Positions 29,365 to 40,086 of a stretch of DNA of 56,751 bases are shown piece after piece (the first letter of the stretch is position 1; each line of letters starts with the position of its first letter). Below the pieces are notes generated by a model. It saw only the letters and a program-made list of their open reading frames with translations. It was not told where the DNA came from and made no database searches. The DNA comes from Candidatus Saccharimonadota bacterium (GTDB lineage Bacteria; Patescibacteriota; Saccharimonadia; JAGOAT01), in the NCBI GenBank assembly GCA_017983775.1, contig JAGOAT010000001.1, positions 1-56,751 of the forward strand, in the 5' to 3' direction. Position numbers and translations under genes: made by a program.

Positions 29365-30231
29365 ATTATCAAACAAGCTAACTTTTGGGTGCTTAGTATG
29401 ATATTCAGAGTCAACCATTAAGTAATCGATTGTAAAATTATCTATAAATTTTTGTCTCTGAATATCCGAAGCTACAGCTATACTCGTAGCCATAATATCT
29501 GCTTCCAGGGCAGTCTTAGCAACGACTAGACTAGCGATCATCCTTTGTCCATCTGAATATATCAAGTGGGTATGATTCTGTCCTGCTTGATCAGTCCAGC
29601 GCCTTTTGACAGGAGATGAATAGGCTAATGCCTGGCTATTCAATAGGATTTTTCCCAAATATTGGCCAGGCTTCCATGGATCCTCTAAGGCAATCCCAAC
29701 CCCAGAACTATCAATATCACCTGCCCTAAGATCACCCCCTCCATTAATCAGATATTTCTTAATCCCATAATCTTGTTCAAAGCTTCTAGCAAGCTTGTCT
29801 ACCAAGTAGCCCTTACCTATGCCCCCCAAGTCTAGCTGCCGATCTCCCGCCAGTATCACCCTATTCTGATCAAAACTAATTATCTGATCCAATCTAGACT
29901 GGAAGTCAGTTGTGGCAATTATTGGTTTACCATAACCATGCTCAGTTAATTGATGAGCCTGACTAATATCAAATACCCCTGCCGTTAATTGATAATAATG
30001 TAGACCAATATCCAACAGATCTTTAAATTCGTCATTTACTTCAGCCTGCCTATTTTTATTGAGCTGGCTTAGTAATGAGTCTGACTTGAAGCGAGAGTAA
30101 TCGGCCTCAAACTGATTTATAGTAGAAAAAAGTTGTTCTTTGAATACTTCTTGATTATTTATCTGTTCAAAGAACTCAAAATACCAAACCGTACCCAAGG
30201 CCTGATACTCAAAACCAAATATAGCTTCCAA
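29359..30231 (-). CDS. apbE: FAD:protein FMN transferase (ApbE family)
   Basis: S.F...S....LN..., DLGGIGKGYLVDK and ...GGD... are characteristic ApbE motifs. Confidence 0.8.
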   Translation of the reverse strand: MEAIFGFEYQALGTVWYFEFFEQINNQEVFKEQLFSTINQFEADYSRFKSDSLLSQLNKNRQAEVNDEFKDLLDIGLHYYQLTAGVFDISQAHQLTEHGYGKPIIATTDFQSRLDQIISFDQNRVILAGDRQLDLGGIGKGYLVDKLARSFEQDYGIKKYLINGGGDLRAGDIDSSGVGIALEDPWKPGQYLGKILLNSQALAYSSPVKRRWTDQAGQNHTHLIYSDGQRMIASLVVAKTALEADIMATSIAVASDIQRQKFIDNFTIDYLMVDSEYHTKHPKVSLFDNL

Positions 30232-30750
30232 CTAATTCTGTTCTGCTTGATTAGCGATATTATCTAATGCTAAGTTGAAAGCATTAGTGGTCAGACTTGC
30301 TCCTGCTACCCTACTGAGATTGATCTGGTTTAAGCTCTTACCGACAACCTGCCCCCTAATCTCTGAATCAAATAGACTTAAAAATGCTCCAGAATCCGGA
30401 TTTGACTCTTGATACCCAAAGTCCATTGCGGTTACAACCTGATCAACAAGTGTTACCCCTACATCTATTGAATCTGTTCTACCACCAGGGGCAAGGTATG
30501 TCTGGTTGGCCTGATATGTACCATCTTGATAGCTACTACCACTCGACTGGTTAGTATTTGAGCTTGTCCCCTGATATTGAGTGGTGGGTCTATCTGTATC
30601 TGACAAATCTGTGTCATCAGAAGTGCTCATCGTAAGCTCTTGTTGAGTACTATTATTATCTTGATCGCCAACAAGACTGATATAAACTATCACAAACAAT
30701 CCTACACTCACTCCTGCTATTGCCAAAATCTTTATCAAACGGTTATTCAT
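30232..30750 (-). CDS. secreted/anchored FMN-binding-domain protein (likely ApbE substrate)
   Basis: Signal anchor, a Ser/Thr/Gln-rich linker, then DGTYQA...V.V.....V......., and VAGASLTTNAF, which resembles the flavinylation motif (GAT-x-TS) of FMN_bind domains. Confidence 0.55.
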   Translation of the reverse strand: MNNRLIKILAIAGVSVGLFVIVYISLVGDQDNNSTQQELTMSTSDDTDLSDTDRPTTQYQGTSSNTNQSSGSSYQDGTYQANQTYLAPGGRTDSIDVGVTLVDQVVTAMDFGYQESNPDSGAFLSLFDSEIRGQVVGKSLNQINLSRVAGASLTTNAFNLALDNIANQAEQN

Positions 30751-30886
30751 AGTAGACTCCTAATTCTTAAACTAAAATTTAATAAACCACAAGCTTAATT
30801 GTATTCTATTGTCCCCTATATTTGCAAGAGTTATATCGGTATATCGACTGTAGCTAGAAAGCTACAAAATCTCCCCCTGTAAAAAA

Positions 30887-32152
30887 CTAACCGAGACTTC
30901 CTCCATCACGCTTGATATGGTCCCAGCCACCTATATCTTGCTCGAGTTGAATAATCTTACGATAATTGAATATACACTTTAACAAAGCCGAATATTCCAC
31001 CAATCCAACTACCAAGAAGAATATGTACCCCAATGGGGCATAAGCTACCAATCTAAATCTTGCCGCAAGACTTAAACGATCTTCAGTCATAGTGATAAGT
31101 AAAACAAAGATCATATAAAAAATAATGATAAATCTAAATGTTCCATAACTACCCATGCGTATAGAAATAGTTAACCAAAAAATAATAATGAAAGGATCAA
31201 GTAATGAAATCAATTCTTGAATTAATGACCAGGGAAGATAAAAAAATGTCAAACTTCGACTATATTTATGATCCTTATTGAGGAATAACTTACGATTTTT
31301 GACAAAAGTCTGAAACCTCCCATACTTCCAGCGATATCTCTGCTTGAGTAAAGCTCTAAAACTACCTGCCCCTTCAGTATAGGTGATAGAATCTCCAGCA
31401 AAGATGATGCGGTTGTCTTTGTTGCCAAGGCTCACAAGCTTTAGTGTCAAATCAATATCTTCAGTCACCGTATCCGTATCAAAAAAACCAACCTTTTTTA
31501 ATGCTGTGTAACGAAAGAAACTCATGCCTCCAATGATATACTCCATATTAAAGGTAGTAAGTGCCCTCTTGAAACGAAAAGATGAACTAAATTCTAGGAG
31601 TTGAATTGCTCCGACTATGCTATTTAAATTGTGAGTGATCCGAACATTGGTAGCGGCTGCTACTACTCTGGGGTTATCAAAATGCCTTACTGCAATTGAA
31701 ATCGTATCTGGTTGAACTACAGAGTCAGCATCCAAGACCATCACTAGGGCAGAACGAACTTTGGCCAGAGCAAGATTGAGCGAATCAGCCTTGCCAGAAT
31801 TTTTTTTGCTAATCAATTGCAAATTGCTAAATCCATGTAATGCCTTAAAATTCTTGACCAATACGGCAGTCTGGTCCGAAGAACCGTCGTCAATCACTAT
31901 GACTTTAATCCTTTTGTACTCACTTGCAAATACAGACTCCAAACAACGGATTATTACACTATCTTCATTGTGGGCAGGTATTAATACTGTAACCTGATAG
32001 CTCTTGGGTTGAAAATTTATAATACTACTAAATCTACGACGCTTAATGATTCGCTTGATCTCATAGATATCACTACCCACAAAAAATAATGTAACTCTAA
32101 GCAGAGTAATTACACCCAAGATTGAAAGAAACCCAAAAATAATATCGGTCAT
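30887..32152 (-). CDS. processive family-2 glycosyltransferase (membrane-embedded)
   Basis: VLIPAHNE, VIDDGSSDQT, LDADS, TEDIDL and the QRYRWKYG (QxxRW) motif, plus C-terminal TM helices. Confidence 0.85.
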   Translation of the reverse strand: MTDIIFGFLSILGVITLLRVTLFFVGSDIYEIKRIIKRRRFSSIINFQPKSYQVTVLIPAHNEDSVIIRCLESVFASEYKRIKVIVIDDGSSDQTAVLVKNFKALHGFSNLQLISKKNSGKADSLNLALAKVRSALVMVLDADSVVQPDTISIAVRHFDNPRVVAAATNVRITHNLNSIVGAIQLLEFSSSFRFKRALTTFNMEYIIGGMSFFRYTALKKVGFFDTDTVTEDIDLTLKLVSLGNKDNRIIFAGDSITYTEGAGSFRALLKQRYRWKYGRFQTFVKNRKLFLNKDHKYSRSLTFFYLPWSLIQELISLLDPFIIIFWLTISIRMGSYGTFRFIIIFYMIFVLLITMTEDRLSLAARFRLVAYAPLGYIFFLVVGLVEYSALLKCIFNYRKIIQLEQDIGGWDHIKRDGGSLG

Positions 32153-32736
32153 TCTACTAAATTAACTGGCTGAAACTTTGACACCAATCTCTCGCTGTCG
32201 AACAATCCGTAACAGGTGAGCAAGGACAACTGTGCCTGACCTTGATAATAAAATATTGATGTATCATTTGGCTTCAAAACTTCAAAACCCTTGAATGTAT
32301 AGGCAATTTTCTTACCTGACTGGTCGGTTAGGATCAATATATCTCCATTGATAAGATCCTTGAGGTTACCAAAAATGTTTTCGAGGTTATGACCATAGAT
32401 CAATGTATTGCCTTGATCAAAATTTGGTAACTGAGTTTGTAAAGCATAGTGGGCACTATCATTACTAAGAGTCCAGGTGCTATTAGAAGAATCGTACTCT
32501 CCATCCAATACATTCAGTTCTATATCAAGTCTCTCAATTTCAATCTTGACAGGAGGCGCGGGAACATAGCTACTATCTTCTTTAGCTTCTTGGCTAATAA
32601 CTGCTAGCTGTTCTTGATTCTGTTCGGATACTGTATGTTCTTGGTATTTAGCATAAATTTCATTACCAAAAAATAAAGCAATTACAACCAAATAAACTAA
32701 TCCAATCTTTAGGCTAAATATTAGCCTATTCATCAA
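32149..32736 (-). CDS. sortase family transpeptidase
   Basis: N-terminal anchor, LIYGHN (catalytic His region) and LSLLTCYG (TLxTC catalytic Cys motif). Confidence 0.75.
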   Translation of the reverse strand: MMNRLIFSLKIGLVYLVVIALFFGNEIYAKYQEHTVSEQNQEQLAVISQEAKEDSSYVPAPPVKIEIERLDIELNVLDGEYDSSNSTWTLSNDSAHYALQTQLPNFDQGNTLIYGHNLENIFGNLKDLINGDILILTDQSGKKIAYTFKGFEVLKPNDTSIFYYQGQAQLSLLTCYGLFDSERLVSKFQPVNLVE

Positions 32737-32742
32737 TACAGC

Positions 32743-32967
32743 CTATTGATATTTTTTAGCTAAATAAGTAATCAGATTGCTGGTCAAAATAACCAACCCA
32801 CAACCCATAGCCACTAATATAGCAAGATGCAAAGCAATCTCGCCACCAGTGCTAGGTAAGGTAGTAATTGCACCTAGTCCATCACCTGATGTCGCACCGA
32901 GAACTGAACCAGCTCCCCCTACTGTTGTTGCTACACCCAAAACTGTTTTATTATCCACGTTTGACAT
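32743..32967 (-). CDS. very small LPXTG-type sortase substrate
   Basis: 74 aa. A Gly/Thr/Ala-rich segment is followed by LPSTGGE, a hydrophobic helix and the basic tail KKYQ. It lies immediately upstream of the sortase gene. Confidence 0.55.
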   Translation of the reverse strand: MSNVDNKTVLGVATTVGGAGSVLGATSGDGLGAITTLPSTGGEIALHLAILVAMGCGLVILTSNLITYLAKKYQ

Positions 32968-33192
32968 TAATCGATCTCCTTCTTATCTTATTGATTACTA
33001 AATTGATTTTATTTATGCTCTAATTATCTATTATAACTTAGATAAAGTCAATACCTCCGAAAACGTAAAGCACCTCCAGAAATACAACTAGGTATAGAGA
33101 TTTGACAACTCTATTCTAGAGGTCTCGGGATCTCTCGTTTGACCTATGTGATCGAATTGAATAGATATACCTTATTATCTTAGTTAACAAGC

Positions 33193-34014
33193 CTATTGAT
33201 CAGCTGGCTCAAACTCATATTGACCACCGCTGACATCAACTATATCCTCATCTCCAATACTATCCTCACTGAGAACCCTCAATGTAGCCCTGAATAAGCC
33301 TATCAATATCTTCTTAGCACCTATTAACTCTTGTTCGTCATACCCTAGCACATCTCGATAGATATCCAATACACTAGCCAAATCAAGTACATAGTAATAA
33401 TCATCGTGTTTTTGCATTAGGTCACGATCGGCACACAAGCTAGAGTCATCAATGATTAGACCCTTTTTTGACATATGTTGACCTGTCCTAGTAATCAGCG
33501 AAACCCCCTGCCTTGAACCTTCTGTACTACTAGTAAAGTTCTTAACTGTCCAGCTGGGGTCGTATACACTAAGATCAAATAATGACTTTGGATCTATCTG
33601 GGAATTATTGTCTTCAAAATATTTTGTTAATATCTTTTCTAATTTAGCCAGAAAACCACAGCCCATCCACCGTTCTTGACCTGAATCATCGTTATGCAAA
33701 CCAACTTCGATGCCATTGCCTGATAATGGTCTCTGAAAATTATTGATAAAACTATCAATAATCTCCCGAGGTTTCTTGTTTTGATTAGGATTAACTCCCT
33801 TTACCATATAATCGGTCAATGCAAATCCAGCTAGTCCTCCAGGCACCCCTAACAATATTTTTTCAAGTTGCCGATCAGTCGGCCTATCATCTACACAGCC
33901 AATTAACTGCTCTCTTTTAGGATCTTTCTCTACAACACAAGCTAGACGACTCTCTGGCGTTTCTTCTACACCTGGATTATGGGCTTCTATTGGTTGACTT
34001 TCAGATTGTGGCAT
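33193..34014 (-). CDS. hypothetical protein
   Basis: 273-aa ORF with no recognisable motif. Confidence 0.45.
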   Translation of the reverse strand: MPQSESQPIEAHNPGVEETPESRLACVVEKDPKREQLIGCVDDRPTDRQLEKILLGVPGGLAGFALTDYMVKGVNPNQNKKPREIIDSFINNFQRPLSGNGIEVGLHNDDSGQERWMGCGFLAKLEKILTKYFEDNNSQIDPKSLFDLSVYDPSWTVKNFTSSTEGSRQGVSLITRTGQHMSKKGLIIDDSSLCADRDLMQKHDDYYYVLDLASVLDIYRDVLGYDEQELIGAKKILIGLFRATLRVLSEDSIGDEDIVDVSGGQYEFEPADQ

Positions 34015-34141
34015 CTTATCTTTTATCCTCGTTTATTTATTGACTATAAATTTGACACGCTGATAATACTAACAAATTATCCTGTTAGAAATCAATAGAA
34101 TAATTTATCAAAGTATAGCCGCCCAAACCGGACTGGTGTCT

Positions 34142-35266
34142 TTATGAATCCACTTCAGGACGTTTTCTTCTATGCTCGCTGATTGATACAAGTAGCCTAT
34201 TTACAATAACACTAGTATATCCCATAATATTATCATAACCTATCTGAATCTTGATATATCCTTGACCTGTTTCTATACCCAATATCACACTGCTAGTATC
34301 CGTTAATACTACATCGTCTAGAATATTTCGTTTTCTGGTACCTTCAGGCATGTCTTTTGCAAATTGAGAGACACCCTTTAACTTACCAACTTTCATTAGA
34401 TCTCTCAAATAATTTTCAATACCTTCTCTGGAAATCTCAATACTGTCCTGGTTAAAAAATAGAGTCAAATCAGCAATGCTACCTGTATCAACATCTACTC
34501 TGATAGAGGTTACTGGTGGAATTACTAGCTTGGCAACCCTACGATCCAGAAGTCTTAATTCCTCAGTTGCCCCAGAGCCAGATACTATCATATTGCCTTT
34601 AATTGCTTCCGGATCATTACTATTTGTCCTAGCATGAGTTGTATTAATAGTTGCAAAATTTGGCGTGATATTTACTTCTTCCAGATAATCCAATAGCCCC
34701 GCCAAAATTGGCAGTGTAGCATTTGTAGTACATGAACTTACTGCAATAACCCTCTTTTGAAAGATATTGGCAATATTTTCAGGCGTATCATTGTAACCAC
34801 AAACAATAGTTAGACCCCGTCTATTTGGATCAGAACCAAATGGACCAGTCAAGATGGCTACCCTTCCATCGTGATCTAGAAAATCTCCATATCCTTGCTG
34901 AGCTGAATCTGGATATTTAAATTCCCCTGTTGCATCTAAGATTGTATTTACGTCTGCTGGCCAGAGAGTATCGGGTCCCCTAGAAACAAGCTTGTTTACA
35001 GGTCGACCTCCAAACAGTAAGTTGCCTTCATTATCCAGCTTTAAACCTAGGCCTAGATCTGGATATTTTGGATGTCTATCCCAACCTTCTTCTGATGTAG
35101 CAGAACCACTTGGCCAGAGATTGGATTCTCGAGTACTAAGAGCAGCTAATGTACCGGGATGACCTGAGTTATCTTGGCAAAATACTGCAATAGCAGCCCT
35201 ACCAATATCACCCCTTGAACCTCTAATTCCTACCTTATTACCCCCTGAACTCTCTTTACTCATCAA
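34142..35266 (-). CDS. gap: divergent glyceraldehyde-3-phosphate dehydrogenase family protein
   Basis: SSCTTNATLPIL (catalytic Cys motif SCTTN), NTTHARTN and RVDVDTGSIADLT parallel canonical GAPDH motifs. The N-terminal half is unusually divergent. Confidence 0.65.
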   Translation of the reverse strand: MMSKESSGGNKVGIRGSRGDIGRAAIAVFCQDNSGHPGTLAALSTRESNLWPSGSATSEEGWDRHPKYPDLGLGLKLDNEGNLLFGGRPVNKLVSRGPDTLWPADVNTILDATGEFKYPDSAQQGYGDFLDHDGRVAILTGPFGSDPNRRGLTIVCGYNDTPENIANIFQKRVIAVSSCTTNATLPILAGLLDYLEEVNITPNFATINTTHARTNSNDPEAIKGNMIVSGSGATEELRLLDRRVAKLVIPPVTSIRVDVDTGSIADLTLFFNQDSIEISREGIENYLRDLMKVGKLKGVSQFAKDMPEGTRKRNILDDVVLTDTSSVILGIETGQGYIKIQIGYDNIMGYTSVIVNRLLVSISEHRRKRPEVDS

Positions 35267-35321
35267 TCCTCCCCTCTTTTATTACCACCTTAGTTGTACC
35301 AAACTATCCGAATCCCCGCAA

Positions 35322-35396
35322 CCAAAAATCCCATTTCGAGGTTAGACCTCGCAAATTTATATCTGTTGAGAGGTACTAATTCGAGGTTAGACCTTG
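35322..35396 (-). promoter_or_regulatory. paired-palindrome promoter cassette, copy 3 (type A), upstream of the gap-like gene
   Basis: Minus strand reads caaggtctaaccTCGAAT - 17 nt - TATAAA - tttg - cgaggtctaacctcg - aaatgggattttt. It is near-identical to copy 4. Confidence 0.5.
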
Positions 35397-35427
35397 CAAA
35401 AATTCTTATGTCTTTGTAATGTAGGTA

Positions 35428-35724
35428 TTGATGAATAATCAAGAAAATAGCTTTTGGTTTAAAAGGAAAAGATATGGTTATGGCTGGGTACCAGCCACCA
35501 AGCAAGGCTGGATCATTATAATCAGCTATATTAGCATTGTGATACTTGGCGGAATATCTATCGAAGATCAATCCGACAACCAACTTACTGCTGAGGTTCT
35601 CACCTACTTATTGCTAGTTTTTCTTGCTACAATTCTTGTAATAGCTATCTCTTACAAGAAAGGACCCAGACCAAAATGGCGTTGGGGCAAAGCAAGTACA
35701 GATAACAGTAGCCAAGACTGGTAA
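35428..35724 (+). CDS. small membrane protein (hypothetical)
   Basis: 98 aa with two hydrophobic helices. Confidence 0.4.
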   Translation: MMNNQENSFWFKRKRYGYGWVPATKQGWIIIISYISIVILGGISIEDQSDNQLTAEVLTYLLLVFLATILVIAISYKKGPRPKWRWGKASTDNSSQDW

Positions 35725-35730
35725 CCCACT

Positions 35731-36375
35731 ATGAATAACACTAGCCAGCCAAAATTTGCTATCTATGATTTGATCCTTGTTAGCTTTGCTGTCTTATTTC
35801 TAATCTCTAATCTATCTGCTACCAAGCTAGTATCATTTGGTCCAATTATTACCGATGGAGGAGCAATCCTATTCCCTCTTACCTATATTTTGGGGGATGT
35901 CTTGACTGAAGTTTATGGGTATAAATATGCAAAAAAAGCAATTTGGGTAGGTTTCGGAGTAATGCTACTAGGCGTAGCGGCCTTTACAATAGTCAGATAC
36001 TTGCCAGCAGCTCCTGAATATACTGATCAAGAAGCATTTGAGACTATCTTGGGCTTTTTCCCTAGGATTGTCCTAGCTAGCCTTTTAGCCTTCCTTGCAG
36101 GATCTTTGCTCAATTCAATCAGTCTAATAAAAATTAGATCGGCCACACATGGCAAGGCTCTCTGGGCAAGACTGATTGGCTCTACTATGGTCGGTGAATT
36201 CTTCGATACTCTAATCTTTGGCGTGGTTGCTTTCGCTGGAATTCTCAGTAATTACGACCTATTCAAGTTCATCCTGATTGGCTGGGTCTTCAAAACAGGC
36301 ACAGAAATCGTACTACTGCCGATAACATACAGAGTAATCGATTGGGTAAAAAAGATTGAAAAATTAGAAAACTAA
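35731..36375 (+). CDS. yhhQ: queuosine-precursor transporter (YhhQ/DUF165 family)
   Basis: GGAILFPLTYILGDVLTEVYGYKYAKKAIW is the hallmark YhhQ region. Adjacent to tgt. Confidence 0.8.
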   Translation: MNNTSQPKFAIYDLILVSFAVLFLISNLSATKLVSFGPIITDGGAILFPLTYILGDVLTEVYGYKYAKKAIWVGFGVMLLGVAAFTIVRYLPAAPEYTDQEAFETILGFFPRIVLASLLAFLAGSLLNSISLIKIRSATHGKALWARLIGSTMVGEFFDTLIFGVVAFAGILSNYDLFKFILIGWVFKTGTEIVLLPITYRVIDWVKKIEKLEN

Positions 36376-36380
36376 TAGAG

Positions 36381-37592
<1,212 letters not shown>

Positions 37593-37640
37593 TTAATTAT
37601 CCTAACATACTGACTAGCAAAACCGCTCTACTTTGCTCCC

Positions 37641-37714
37641 CAAAAATCCCATTTCGAGGTTAGACCTCGCAAATTTATATCTGTTGAGAGGTACTAATTC
37701 GAGGTTAGACCTCG
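37641..37714 (-). promoter_or_regulatory. paired-palindrome promoter cassette, copy 4 (type A), upstream of tgt
   Basis: Roughly 72 nt identical to copy 3. It is flanked by a 10-bp tandem duplication, ctcgtggcaa x2, at 37711-37730. Confidence 0.5.
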
Positions 37715-37791
37715 TGGCAACTCGTGGCAAAATTCATCGGAGTATGACGGAGAAGGCTTAGCCAATTTTGGACAATGGTACTCCGATCAAG

Positions 37792-38679
37792 CTAGGTGAT
37801 CGATGCTTGATAAATGCCCTGAATAGTATCAGCCAACTTTTGATTGAATTGCTGATCAGATTGATCTACTGACAAACCTTCAGCTAGGGCTCGGCTAAAG
37901 CTAGCGATTAGACCTTGATTTCTAGCAAGTCGCTGATTGGCAATCCCCCGATCATATCCTCCAGATAGTGCTACCACTCGTACAACATTTGGAAGACCCA
38001 TCAGATCTTGATAGATATTGTCTTGTTCGGGTATAGTGAGCTTGAGCATTACCAGCTGGTCGGGTGTGAGGTTAGCTAATTCTTCCTGCAGTAAGCCATG
38101 CAAAAGCGATTCTATCTCTCCTTTGCCATCTGCATTGATATCCACCTCTGGCTCGACAATCGGTACTAGGCCAGTAGCACTGATTGCTCGTGCCAATTCA
38201 AACTGTTGCTCGACTACTTTTTTAATGCCAATGCGATTGTTCTGCTTGATCACTGAGCGCATCTTGGTGCCAAAGATATTCTTAACTTTTGCTTCAGCCA
38301 AGATTTCCTCTAGATTGGTAATTGGTTTCATCAACTGAACACCATCCTTAGTATCAGCAAGCCCTAGATCAATTTTGAGAAATGGAACAATTTGCTTCTT
38401 ATTCCACAAATAATCAGCAGTATCAAGACCCTCGATCTGACTTCTCATTGTCTGCTGGAAAAGAATTGCTCCCAAGATATATTCACTAGAAAAAGCTGGG
38501 CTAGTGATGATCCTAGTACGCATCTGGTGGACGAGGTCATACATCTCTACTGCATTATTGTAACTATCCTCCGTGACACCATATGACAAGAGAGCCTTTG
38601 GGGTAGAGCCACCGCTCTGGTCTAATGCAGCTATAAAGCCTTGATTATTTTTGATTTGGTTGAGTTGTGTTTTGTTCAT
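37792..38679 (-). CDS. fba: class I fructose-bisphosphate aldolase
   Basis: [17 protein letters not shown] and ...PFLKID..L... are typical of bacterial class I FBA. Confidence 0.85.
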   Translation of the reverse strand: MNKTQLNQIKNNQGFIAALDQSGGSTPKALLSYGVTEDSYNNAVEMYDLVHQMRTRIITSPAFSSEYILGAILFQQTMRSQIEGLDTADYLWNKKQIVPFLKIDLGLADTKDGVQLMKPITNLEEILAEAKVKNIFGTKMRSVIKQNNRIGIKKVVEQQFELARAISATGLVPIVEPEVDINADGKGEIESLLHGLLQEELANLTPDQLVMLKLTIPEQDNIYQDLMGLPNVVRVVALSGGYDRGIANQRLARNQGLIASFSRALAEGLSVDQSDQQFNQKLADTIQGIYQASIT

Positions 38680-39265
38680 GGTTCTAATTATATCATGCTA
38701 CAATAACCAGATGGAAAACATTACTCCTGATGAAAGTAAAATATTGCTCAATGAAGCACTTAAACAGTTTAATAAAGATCTATGGGAAAATCCAAATTCG
38801 AGACAACTTCTAGCCATCATTAGCGATCTCAATACCCTCAATCTAGATCAAGATACTCCACATCCCGACTTCGAACCAATGATTGACTTATCAAACTACC
38901 CGATAACAACGATATATATCCAATTTGGGACTACTATACTACATCAAGATGGTACTATTTATCAGTCCATAGATGAATTCCCTATTGCCAACTTTGATGA
39001 TCAACCTCAACAAGAAAATATAGAAGAAGCAACAATAATAGCAAAAAAACCAAATTGGCATCCTGTATTCTTACCTGAAACTATCCAAATAAATCCAACT
39101 AAAGAGCTGGCGGAAATAGCAGCCGAGCACAAACTAGACCCTAATGCTCTACTTGAACCTATAATCAACGCGATTCATCAATATTATTGGCAATCCTTTC
39201 TGTATTCTGTATTTAATACTGATGATGGAATTCTTGACCCCTTGACAGAAAAAACTAATCACTAA
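38651..39265 (+). CDS. hypothetical protein
   Basis: 204-aa ORF. The probable real start is MENITPDE at 38711. No domain recognised. Confidence 0.4.
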   Translation: MIWLSCVLFMVLIISCYNNQMENITPDESKILLNEALKQFNKDLWENPNSRQLLAIISDLNTLNLDQDTPHPDFEPMIDLSNYPITTIYIQFGTTILHQDGTIYQSIDEFPIANFDDQPQQENIEEATIIAKKPNWHPVFLPETIQINPTKELAEIAAEHKLDPNALLEPIINAIHQYYWQSFLYSVFNTDDGILDPLTEKTNH

Positions 39266-39266
39266 G

Positions 39267-39767
39267 ATGGGTATCATAATAATCCTCGACAATATCCGTA
39301 GTTGTCACAATGTCGGAGCAATCTTGCGGACTGCTGATGGCGCTGGAGTCAGTCAGATAGTCTGTACGGGATTTACTCCCTACCCAGAAATAGTCGGTGA
39401 CACTCGTGATCCCAGAATAATTGCTAAGAATTCCTATCAGATATCCAAGACTGCCCTTGGCGCAGAAAAGACAATAAATATAAGGTATGATATAGATATA
39501 ATTACTACAATAAACCGCTTAAGGTCAGAGGGTAATACCATCCTGTCATTAGAAGAGACCGCAGGCTCTATCGACCTTTATGCTAACCTCTCCGAACTAA
39601 AGTCTTATCCAAAAATTGCCCTAGTGGTGGGCAATGAAGTGACAGGTGTTCAACAATCTGTACTCAATAAATCCGATCAGATCATCTGCCTACCTCAGAT
39701 GGGAGCCAAAAACTCCCTCAATGTTTCAGTGGCTACTGGAATTGCCCTATATAGCTTGCGGTTCTGA
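39267..39767 (+). CDS. SpoU/TrmH-family RNA 2'-O-methyltransferase
   Basis: LDNIRS.HNVGAILRTADGAGV, VVGNEVTGV and IPQMG...SLNVSVATGIALY. Confidence 0.85.
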   Translation: MGIIIILDNIRSCHNVGAILRTADGAGVSQIVCTGFTPYPEIVGDTRDPRIIAKNSYQISKTALGAEKTINIRYDIDIITTINRLRSEGNTILSLEETAGSIDLYANLSELKSYPKIALVVGNEVTGVQQSVLNKSDQIICLPQMGAKNSLNVSVATGIALYSLRF

Positions 39768-39813
39768 CATTGCCACAAGAGTTGCACGGAATTATTCTTT
39801 GCTAAATTTTGAT

Positions 39814-39948
39814 CAAAAGTCATCAGAGTCTTCAGCCAAAACTGCCCTAGTCTCAGATATGAGATCTTCCTTGATAGTTTGTCCGAGATCACGCAAATGA
39901 ACATGGATATCTACCAATCCTGGTAAACCCAATTTATCCTGACTCATC
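39814..39948 (-). pseudogene. 44-codon remnant resembling the N-terminus of a dihydroorotase/amidohydrolase
   Basis: The translation MSQDKLGLPGLVDIHVHLRDLGQTIKEDLISETRAVLAE... contains the D-x-H-x-H metal motif and then stops. No continuation in the same frame. Confidence 0.3.
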
Positions 39949-40086
39949 ACCCTAATCATGCACTACTTTAGTAGGCTTTCTTACTCGACGCTATCAAACC
40001 GCCCATGCTTGCTATCAATAGATTTTAGCGCTAATCTATATACAATAAATTATTATTTTTACTAAATATTATTAACGCTCAAACCA

